This document shows positions 1 to 6,770 of a stretch of 32,000 nt of DNA, one piece after another; position 1 is the stretch's first letter, and each line of letters begins with the position of its first letter. The stretch is from Desulfurobacterium pacificum (lineage in GTDB: Bacteria > Aquificota > Aquificia > Desulfurobacteriales > Desulfurobacteriaceae), in NCBI RefSeq assembly GCF_900182835.1, contig NZ_FXUB01000001.1, forward strand, positions 676,945 to 708,944, in the 5' to 3' direction. The notes beneath the pieces were generated by a model. That model had not been told where the DNA came from. It made no database searches and was given only the letters and a program-made list of their open reading frames with translations. The translations under genes and the position numbers were made by a program.

Positions 1-33
1 TTCATTAAATTCTATTCTCAACCTGAAACACAT
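1..33 (-). CDS. 5' end of an ORF running off the left edge (MCFRLRIEFNE...); probable next gene of the Argonaute/AAA+ operon
   Basis: ATG at complement 31-33, AAGGTG Shine-Dalgarno 5 nt upstream, 13 nt after the stop of the AAA+ ORF, open to window edge. Not in the supplied ORF track because it is too short within the window. Confidence 0.45.
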   Translation of the reverse strand, partial: MCFRLRIEFNE

Positions 34-46
34 TCAAGCACCTTAA

Positions 47-1693
47 TCAAGAATTTTCACTGTCAGAATCTTCTATCCATTTAAAAAATTTTTCCCATTC
101 TTCTTCGCTTAAATTGATGTCTAAATCATATTCATCAGCAGAGCTTTCTTTAGAATTCTTTTCTGGCTCTTCTAGAATTTTAATTTTTATTTTCCCTAAA
201 ATCTCTTTTCCTAACGCATTCTTTAAAAGCTTTAAATTCCGACGATTCAGACTCAGAGAAGATATAGTCCCATCTTCCACCAGATATTCAAGCACGCTTT
301 TTCCGGTAGAATCTGTTAATAAAAGGTAGTCTATCAGTTTGTCCTGCAGTATAAAGTTGGCAGGATTTCCTGACCGGATTTTTTTAAGCTCCTTCCTGAG
401 AAACAGGACTCTTGCCTTAACCATATTATCTTTAGAAACTCTACTTTTACGACGTATTTCTTTTATTTTTTCCTTTTTTTCCTGACTTAATTCTGGAAGC
501 ATAGGTATCTGAAAATTAAAGTCTGCTTCAAGCGCCCATCTCACGAAAGAAGCATTCACAACCACAGGTAAAACACTGCCGTGCATAAGATCCCATTCAA
601 CCGCCTCTCTAATTTTGGATAAAAGGCTTTCCAGCCTCCTTACACCTAAGTATTCTTTTTCGTTTTCTTTTTCACATATCTTCGCTAACTCTATTTTTGC
701 GTCGTTTTCCACAACAACTACGTCAGGAATGGAATTAGTTGAATCTCCTGAAGGCAGGTATTCCTGCATTTTAGAACTGATGATAGCCAGATAGTCTTCG
801 TATCCCAGCTTTCTGACATTTATGCGGACGTTAAGCCTTCCTTTCAGTTCCGGTGCAAACTCTTCCGGTGAAGTTTCAGTGAAAGCTCCAGCTAAAATGA
901 AAGTTATGTGAGAAGTGTCGATAGAATCAGAAGACTTCTCTGCCCTTACCCAACCACCTTCGATAAGCTCTAAAAGGTGATACTGGAGGCTGCGGTAGAA
1001 ACCCTCTTCATCGTCTCCCCTTTCTTTTATTAAAAGCTTATCTGCTTCATCTATAAAGATTAAACCAAAGGGACGTTTTTGAAAGCTCATCAAGACAGGG
1101 AAATCTTTATCCTTTTTCTCTTCAAAACCTGGAAAAGACAGTATTTCACCGGCTATTTCTTCAATCAAAGAAGCAGTTTCTAAAGCATCTTCTGAACCAT
1201 TAAATCTGTCATACATGAACTCTAAAACCCGTGTGTGTCTGAGAAAGACTCGGGCAGCTGCGTATTCGAGAGCAGCCTTTAATTTCTCAGGTGAGCTTTC
1301 AGATTCGCAAAAAGCAGCAAGAGCTTGCTTGTATAAATAATAGTTTTTTGCCAGATCTTTAATTCCGTGATAACTATTCTTAACCGCAGACGCAAATTCT
1401 GCAGTAACTATTTCGTGCGGATCTTTTCCCTTATAGCCTGTCAAAGTATACTCAGTTATGGATACTTTAGTAAAAGGAACCTTGAGTTTCTGCGATAGGG
1501 CTCTTGCAATCTCCGTTTTACCGTTTCCGGTAGGACCTACAATCAGGCAGTTGTTCTTCTTCCTGGAACGTCCTTCAAGGTAAGCTTCCAGATTTTCGCA
1601 GATAGCATTTGACAGCTTAAAAAGAGCTTCAAGCTGCCCTACTACTTTTTCGCTGAGTTCACGAGCCAAGTAGTAGCTTGCAAATTCCAGCAT
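47..1693 (-). CDS. AAA+ ATPase, HslU/ClpX-like unfoldase family
   Basis: 548 aa. Walker A GPTGNGKT (aa 53-60), N-terminal VVGQ...A motif, TGYKGKDP pore-loop-like segment, Walker B LIFIDEADKL, and a downstream GRLNVRI segment compatible with an arginine-finger region. Confidence 0.85.
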   Translation of the reverse strand: MLEFASYYLARELSEKVVGQLEALFKLSNAICENLEAYLEGRSRKKNNCLIVGPTGNGKTEIARALSQKLKVPFTKVSITEYTLTGYKGKDPHEIVTAEFASAVKNSYHGIKDLAKNYYLYKQALAAFCESESSPEKLKAALEYAAARVFLRHTRVLEFMYDRFNGSEDALETASLIEEIAGEILSFPGFEEKKDKDFPVLMSFQKRPFGLIFIDEADKLLIKERGDDEEGFYRSLQYHLLELIEGGWVRAEKSSDSIDTSHITFILAGAFTETSPEEFAPELKGRLNVRINVRKLGYEDYLAIISSKMQEYLPSGDSTNSIPDVVVVENDAKIELAKICEKENEKEYLGVRRLESLLSKIREAVEWDLMHGSVLPVVVNASFVRWALEADFNFQIPMLPELSQEKKEKIKEIRRKSRVSKDNMVKARVLFLRKELKKIRSGNPANFILQDKLIDYLLLTDSTGKSVLEYLVEDGTISSLSLNRRNLKLLKNALGKEILGKIKIKILEEPEKNSKESSADEYDLDINLSEEEWEKFFKWIEDSDSENS

Positions 1694-1703
1694 GACAAAC
1701 TCC

Positions 1704-1838
1704 TTACAATAAGGTTAATTGATTGTTGTTCTTCCCAGATACTTTTTTATTCAAAACATCAGCTACGGTAACTTCAGAAACTGATAGATTCGGCAGGAGC
1801 TGCTGGACTTCACGGCTTTTCTCGGCTGGAGTTTTCAC
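1704..1838 (-). CDS. Possible unannotated small protein (44 aa) or frameshifted C-terminus of the upstream RHH-like ORF
   Basis: GTG-initiated frame VKTPAEKSREVQQLLPNLSVSEVTVADVLNKKVSGKNNNQLTLL*, filling the gap between the RHH-like ORF and the AAA+ ORF. No strong Shine-Dalgarno at the GTG. Confidence 0.3.
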   Translation of the reverse strand: MKTPAEKSREVQQLLPNLSVSEVTVADVLNKKVSGKNNNQLTLL

Positions 1839-2025
1839 TTCTGGTGGAAGGCGGTAAACGGTTGTCCCTTTCTAAAATTTTTCTGATAACTTCATTTATG
1901 TGCTGGTTAATAGACCTATATCCGTTATCTATCAACCACTTTTTGTATTCCTTGAGTATTTCCCTTCTTACCCTGATGGTGGTCTGAACGAATTTTTTTT
2001 CCTTCTTTCTTTTATCGCTTTTCAT
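1810..2025 (-). CDS. Small basic protein, ribbon-helix-helix/CopG-like putative DNA-binding protein
   Basis: VQTTIRVRREILKEYKKWLIDNGYRSINQHINEVIRKILERD has an RHH-like pattern (beta strand followed by two helices). The track starts at 2046; the ATG at 2025 (MKSDKRKK...) has an AAGGTG Shine-Dalgarno and is more likely. Confidence 0.55.
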   Translation of the reverse strand: MKSDKRKKEKKFVQTTIRVRREILKEYKKWLIDNGYRSINQHINEVIRKILERDNRLPPSTRSENSSREKP

Positions 2026-2174
2026 ATCATGACACCTTGACGTCATTTCTTTCTATTTATGAAGATAATCCCCATTCCCCGACAGTCAAGGGGGAAAGAA
2101 AAAGTAAAAATCAGACCAGTAGGAGGAAGAAAGATTCCAGAAATCCCTCTTTCAGAATTAGGAACGTGGATTTC

Positions 2175-2474
2175 TCAGATATCAAAAAATTTCTTCCAGC
2201 CGAATATTTCTAAACCTGCTGGTTCGCCATCCTCGTCAAAATCAACTATAAAACCGCCGCTGAAATATTCGCCCTCGCATCTTCCTTTATCGGAAATCGT
2301 GACCCAGAGGATATCGTCTTTAGGAAAATACTTTGATTTTTCTTTGAGTTTCTCTATGGTAAGAGATATCCATTTTCCTTTTTCAGTGTCATAGAAAGAT
2401 ACATAAAGAATGTCGCTACTCTTATCATATTTAAGTTTTCCTTCTTCAGGCTTAAAAATGTCTATTTCTTCCAT
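2175..2474 (-). CDS. DUF2283-like small protein
   Basis: 99 aa. LKYDKSSDILYVSFYD near the N-terminus and FIVDFDEDGEPAGLEIFGWKKF at the C-terminus match the general DUF2283 pattern. Starts 9 nt after the Argonaute stop. Confidence 0.65.
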   Translation of the reverse strand: MEEIDIFKPEEGKLKYDKSSDILYVSFYDTEKGKWISLTIEKLKEKSKYFPKDDILWVTISDKGRCEGEYFSGGFIVDFDEDGEPAGLEIFGWKKFFDI

Positions 2475-2483
2475 CAGTTCCTC

Positions 2484-4547
2484 TCATAGAAAATAAAGCG
2501 CTCCCATTTCAAGAAGGTATTGGTCAACTATCCAGTTTCTTCTTAAAGCGTTCACGTAAAGGTGAGAATAGTGAATTGGTGCGGGCAACCTCAGTTTGTT
2601 TTCATCATTGAATATGGTAGAAAAGTTAAGCTTGGTTAGTAAAAAGAGTGTTCTTATGAGTTCAGAGGTAATTGAATTAGGAGAGTATTGCCCGTAACTT
2701 ATTTCCCAGAAACTGTCTATCAGAATGCTTCTGGCACCTTTGCAAGAGTGAGGTAAGAGAACGGCCAAATCCTTTCTTAAGACAACGCCTTTCTTTCCTT
2801 CGTCGGATAATATGCGGAAAGAATGCCCTTTCTTAATATTGGCGGTAAACACTTTTAATTTTCTATCTTTTACAACATAAGATTCAGATAAAGAACCTAC
2901 TTCATCTTTATATAGATTCCCGTCTTTTAGCAGTAAAACTCTGCTGCCGTAAACGTTTATTTTCTCCACAACTATTTCAAGTATCCAGTTAAGGTTATCT
3001 ATTTTCTCTCCTCCTGTATCGATAGAAACAGGATAAAGACCTTTTATAGTGCCATCAGATAGAAATACAGTTATCCCTCCTGCACGAGTTCTACGGTTAA
3101 AAGGATCGTTACCGCAATCAACGCCTATGATAAGGTCGTAATTGAACTTTTCTGACAGAGAGAATGGTCTTATACCGAGCTTGGCGTATATGTTATAGAC
3201 TAAAGTTCTAGAAATATTTAAAGGATTAGAGTTTCTTATCCATTTATCATAAATGACAAACTGGCTTATTATGTTTTTGGCAAACAACCTTCTTTTAAGA
3301 GAATCGTATTTTTCTTTGTTCATTTCAGGAATAAGGCAAAGAGCAGAAGAAAATTTGTATTTACTAATTTCTTCCTGAATTTTTTTAGGTAAAGAAAAAT
3401 CGTCGAAATCAACTATAAACACAAGTTTGCCTTTAGCAGGACGTATCGTCTTAAATAGTTCTTTGTAACCTTCTATTCTGTTTAGTTTTAAAGCTTTCTT
3501 ATCTTTAAGTTGACTACGTAAAAACGCATTTACGCTGCTTTCATTAAATCTTTTGTCTACCAAGACGAAAAATGGCATTCCTCCCTGTTCTTCTATGTAT
3601 TGTGGAATAGAAAACGGAGGGTAATTCAATACTTCTTTAAGTGAAAAAACCTTTTTCTCTGTTCCATCTATGGTTTTAACTACATAAACTGGCTTTGAAA
3701 AAAGTTTTCCATCTATGCTACAGGGAGTATCAGCTAAAAACGGAATCTTCCTGACAGTTTCTTTCAGGATTTCTTTTCTCTCGAAATTTGAAATTACGAG
3801 TTTATTAGGGGATAAAGTTTTAGTTCGGTAGCAAGTGTCAGGATGAAATGGATAAACCCTGCCTTTTCTACCGAATTTAGCTTTCAAAATGGGAAATTCT
3901 TTCGGGAAATCTGTTACGCCGTATTTTTTCTCTAGAAGTTTTAAAATGCTTTCTCTCTCTTCTTCAGAAGGACTTTTAATCACTTCTTCTACGTTTATAA
4001 GGTCGCCCTTACCAGGACTATTTCCAGGAGGATAATAGAGCAATCTTTCTCCAACTATATCTTCTAAGGTAATCTCATTCCGTTTAAGCATCTGGTAAAT
4101 ACTTCTGTACCATTTAACCCTGTGCTTTAGGTCAAAGAATAAATAGAATTTTTCTCTGATTTTTCTTACGGTGAAGTTTCCGATAGTGAGTATTACAGAA
4201 TAGGAAGAATGAATTTCTTTCTTTTTAGGAAGGTTTTCTTTAAGCAGTTTTTTTATTCCTTTTTCGTTCAAAATTTTTATAAGTATCTTCTCTTGAATGA
4301 AGTCTTGAAGTTTTTGAAATGGTATTTCCTCTAACAATTCTGCATCGCTGCACGGTAATGATTTTCTGTGAGATACCACTTCAACTTCTGCATCTTCCAC
4401 AGGAGTAATAGGGACACCTATAGAGCGAACTTCTCCGTTTCTCTCATCTAAATCTTCTGATTGAGGAATAAGACGAAATCTATAAACAACATCAGGAATA
4501 ATTGACGGTACTATTTCAAAACCATTGAGTTCCACTTTGGTTTCCAT
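2484..4547 (-). CDS. ago: Long prokaryotic Argonaute (PAZ-MID-PIWI), Aquifex-like, predicted catalytically active
   Basis: 687 aa. PIWI motifs: YDLIIGVDCG (D477), SIDTGGEKID (E514), RVLLLKDGNLYKDEV (D542), LPAPIHYSHLYVNALRR (H662). MID motif: Y414..K418, S-Q429, AK456LG. C-terminus ends in a hydrophobic LYFL. Preceded by a GGGGG Shine-Dalgarno. Confidence 0.95.
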   Translation of the reverse strand: METKVELNGFEIVPSIIPDVVYRFRLIPQSEDLDERNGEVRSIGVPITPVEDAEVEVVSHRKSLPCSDAELLEEIPFQKLQDFIQEKILIKILNEKGIKKLLKENLPKKKEIHSSYSVILTIGNFTVRKIREKFYLFFDLKHRVKWYRSIYQMLKRNEITLEDIVGERLLYYPPGNSPGKGDLINVEEVIKSPSEEERESILKLLEKKYGVTDFPKEFPILKAKFGRKGRVYPFHPDTCYRTKTLSPNKLVISNFERKEILKETVRKIPFLADTPCSIDGKLFSKPVYVVKTIDGTEKKVFSLKEVLNYPPFSIPQYIEEQGGMPFFVLVDKRFNESSVNAFLRSQLKDKKALKLNRIEGYKELFKTIRPAKGKLVFIVDFDDFSLPKKIQEEISKYKFSSALCLIPEMNKEKYDSLKRRLFAKNIISQFVIYDKWIRNSNPLNISRTLVYNIYAKLGIRPFSLSEKFNYDLIIGVDCGNDPFNRRTRAGGITVFLSDGTIKGLYPVSIDTGGEKIDNLNWILEIVVEKINVYGSRVLLLKDGNLYKDEVGSLSESYVVKDRKLKVFTANIKKGHSFRILSDEGKKGVVLRKDLAVLLPHSCKGARSILIDSFWEISYGQYSPNSITSELIRTLFLLTKLNFSTIFNDENKLRLPAPIHYSHLYVNALRRNWIVDQYLLEMGALYFL

Positions 4548-4986
4548 TACTTTTACCCCCTCTTCTTGTTTTCTTTGAGAATTTTAAAATTTTTCTTAAA
4601 AAGAATAAAACAAGTTCCTCTCACGCCTGAATCAACTTTTTCAAAAAGATCAATACCTCTCTTAGACATATTAAGCCATCAGCTCAGATAGGAAAAGCTG
4701 GCTTGTGGTAATCAACCGTGTGGAACGCACTGCACTACACACAACTTGAGTTTTAAACAGGCTTTTTGATTCACCCGTAAACGAGGGGATACGGAAGCTA
4801 TTGATAACATTATTGAGAGAAATTTATGATAGTTGTTCCAACCCCTAAACCGCTGAAAAGAGACTGAGAAATGTCAAAGAATTGTATTATAAAAGCTATG
4901 GAAAAAGAGTAACCGTCAAAAAGTTGCACACCTTAAAATAGAAAACAGGAAGGGAAAGTAATACTCAATTTTTGTGGGAGAAGGAA

Positions 4987-5568
4987 ATGAACACTTCGCT
5001 TACGCCGATGACAATTGTAATCGGAACTTGTGCTGTTGCGATTATGGTCCTATTTATCACCTATCTTGCTATTTTTGTATTGAACTATGATGTTAATAGG
5101 AAGGAAAAAGAAATCATCCTTTCTGAGATTACTCCTGAAACGTTAAAGGAAGCTGGGAAAAAAGCAGAAAAGATACGTATTCCTGCCAATGCGCTTACCC
5201 CAGAGCAGAGAAGAAGATTAAGGGAAATGGGGGCAGTAACAGCTTCAACGGATGATTTCCTTCTAAAAGCAGGTATGCTGTATCTACTGTATGAAACTCT
5301 TTTTGACAATGATGACGCTAAAACAAACGAAATCCTGTCTAATCAAGAAGAAACATACACATCTGATATAAATTCAAGCACTGACGATACCGATGCAAAT
5401 GAGCAGACAACAGATATTTTTCAAAGTCAAGAAGAAAACATAGAGCAATCTAACGACTCTTTGGATTACGTTCCCTCTTTAGACGATAATAATGCTGCAA
5501 ATGATTGGGATAGTAGAAGTGAAAGTAGTTGGGATTATGCTGATGACAGTTGGGATAGTGATTGGTAG
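4987..5568 (+). CDS. Hypothetical single-pass membrane protein with a highly acidic, Trp/Asp-rich C-terminal tail
   Basis: ATG at 4987 with GGGAGAAGG Shine-Dalgarno. N-terminal hydrophobic helix TIVIGTCAVAIMVLFITYLAIFVL, tail NDWDSRSESSWDYADDSWDSDW. Confidence 0.7.
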   Translation: MNTSLTPMTIVIGTCAVAIMVLFITYLAIFVLNYDVNRKEKEIILSEITPETLKEAGKKAEKIRIPANALTPEQRRRLREMGAVTASTDDFLLKAGMLYLLYETLFDNDDAKTNEILSNQEETYTSDINSSTDDTDANEQTTDIFQSQEENIEQSNDSLDYVPSLDDNNAANDWDSRSESSWDYADDSWDSDW

Positions 5569-5708
5569 TGAAGTTCAAGAGGTTTAAACTTGCATATAGT
5601 CTAAACAATAAAAAAACGCTTTTAGAAACATGGATTGTCAGATGTTTTATAGAGAAAAAAATAAAACCAGAACAGGCTGCTATATAGGGAAAACTTTGTA
5701 TACCGGGC

Positions 5709-5804
5709 TCACCCTACTTTTTTCTTCCCTAAATAGTCAATTACTTCAAAACCGATAAGTGAAGTAAGTATCAGCGCTATAAAAATCCACATTCCTACTA
5801 CCAT
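5709..5804 (-). CDS. Single-TM microprotein (31 aa): MVVGMWIFIALILTSLIGFEVIDYLGKKKVG
   Basis: Read manually on the minus strand. Follows the 36-aa microprotein almost directly and shares the I-G-F-E-[VI]-I pattern with it. Confidence 0.45.
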   Translation of the reverse strand: MVVGMWIFIALILTSLIGFEVIDYLGKKKVG

Positions 5805-5806
5805 TG

Positions 5807-5917
5807 TTACTTCGTTTTCTCCTTCTTCTCTAATTCTTTTTCATCTATGTAGTAGATTATTTCAAAGCCAATAGTCATTAAAATAAACATTATTCCGAGA
5901 ATTATTGCTGCAATCAC
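5807..5917 (-). CDS. Single-TM microprotein (36 aa): (M)IAAIILGIMFILMTIGFEIIYYIDEKELEKKEKTK
   Basis: GTG start with a strong AAAGGAGGG Shine-Dalgarno. Hydrophobic helix followed by a charged tail. Confidence 0.55.
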   Translation of the reverse strand: MIAAIILGIMFILMTIGFEIIYYIDEKELEKKEKTK

Positions 5918-5927
5918 TTTCCCTCCT

Positions 5928-6027
5928 TTAAAGGCTTCTCAGTTCTTTCTTGCTCTGATAATTTACCGTCTCAAATATAATAGTTATTGACGCCAGCATT
6001 ATTCCAATGAATCATTGCAATAACCAA
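5928..6027 (-). pseudogene. Frameshifted remnant of a third copy of the same microprotein family
   Basis: AGAGG Shine-Dalgarno then TTG GTT ATT GCA ATG ATT (LVIAMI). After a frameshift, IGIMLASITIIFETVNYQSKKELRSL* aligns with VIAAIILGIMFILMTIGFEIIYYIDEKEL of the neighbouring intact copy. Confidence 0.45.
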
Positions 6028-6094
6028 CTTTTCCTCTGAAAATTGCGAATTCTTCTCCAACCTTATTTTAAAATTACTATCGGAGGTAAGCAGC

Positions 6095-6541
6095 ATGGCA
6101 TTACTGAAAATACACACCATAGAGGCAAAGATTTACAGTCGCAAGAGTCCAGCGTTCTTAATCGGCAGAGTAAGTTATGACACGAAAACGCCAGAAGACT
6201 ATGAAATCAAGCCAGTTGCTAAAGGTAAAACCAAAATTCTCATTGGGACTAAAGGGATATACATACTCAACGACAAGATAACTGAAGAAATCATTAGTAG
6301 AGTTTGGGAAAACTACCTAAAAGAGAGGAAAGGAAACAGAAACAGGAAAGAGGGAATAGTAGAACACCCCGTAGAAGTAATTGAAGATGAGGTAAGAAAC
6401 TACTTCTGCGAAAAAGGAATTGTTCCTATGCCCGAAACAGGCTGGATTAACTTCTCCTATGAAATCCCAGACTTTGAAAAGATGAGGAGAAGTATTCTGG
6501 AAATTGTTAAGGAAGTAAAAAGAAAGGTAGTAAAAGAGTAA
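6095..6541 (+). CDS. Hypothetical protein (148 aa)
   Basis: Strong CGGAGG Shine-Dalgarno and complex sequence with a soluble-protein-like composition (MALLKIHTIEAKIYSRKSPAFLIGRVSYDTKTPEDYEIKP...). Confidence 0.7.
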   Translation: MALLKIHTIEAKIYSRKSPAFLIGRVSYDTKTPEDYEIKPVAKGKTKILIGTKGIYILNDKITEEIISRVWENYLKERKGNRNRKEGIVEHPVEVIEDEVRNYFCEKGIVPMPETGWINFSYEIPDFEKMRRSILEIVKEVKRKVVKE

Positions 6542-6576
6542 GATTAAAACTTACATGCAAGTTACAAATCGCAATT

Positions 6577-6723
6577 ATGAGAAAGGACAAAATGAACACG
6601 AAAGAAGTCCTTAAAACAAAATCTATTTATAACAGAGAAGACTTATTGAAAATTAGGGTTTTCCTATCAGCCATCTTGAATGTTGCAAAATGCAAAGTCC
6701 CGAAAGATTCCGTAAAAGCTTAA
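6577..6723 (+). CDS. Possible small protein (48 aa): MRKDKMNTKEVLKTKSIYNREDLLKIRVFLSAILNVAKCKVPKDSVKA
   Basis: Open frame ending 47 nt before the 77-aa ORF, same strand. No strong Shine-Dalgarno. Confidence 0.3.
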   Translation: MRKDKMNTKEVLKTKSIYNREDLLKIRVFLSAILNVAKCKVPKDSVKA

Positions 6724-6770
6724 CTACGATTTCCTGAAGAGAATATCACTTTCAAAAGCAAGGAGGAAGC

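Noticed and set aside
114-329. + strand ORF antisense to the AAA+ ATPase
   Set aside because: Contained within a well-supported CDS, with Ser/Phe-rich antisense composition.
2059-2394. + strand 111-aa ORF (MKIIPIPRQSRGKEKVKIRPVGGRKIPEIPL...)
   Set aside because: Two thirds of it is antisense to the DUF2283-like gene and there is no clear Shine-Dalgarno. Its first 40 residues look protein-like, so it could be revisited, but I cannot support it.
4620-4870. Possible degenerate CRISPR array in the ago intergenic region
   Set aside because: The segments share only short, loose motifs with irregular 60-70 nt spacing. No true repeats are visible.
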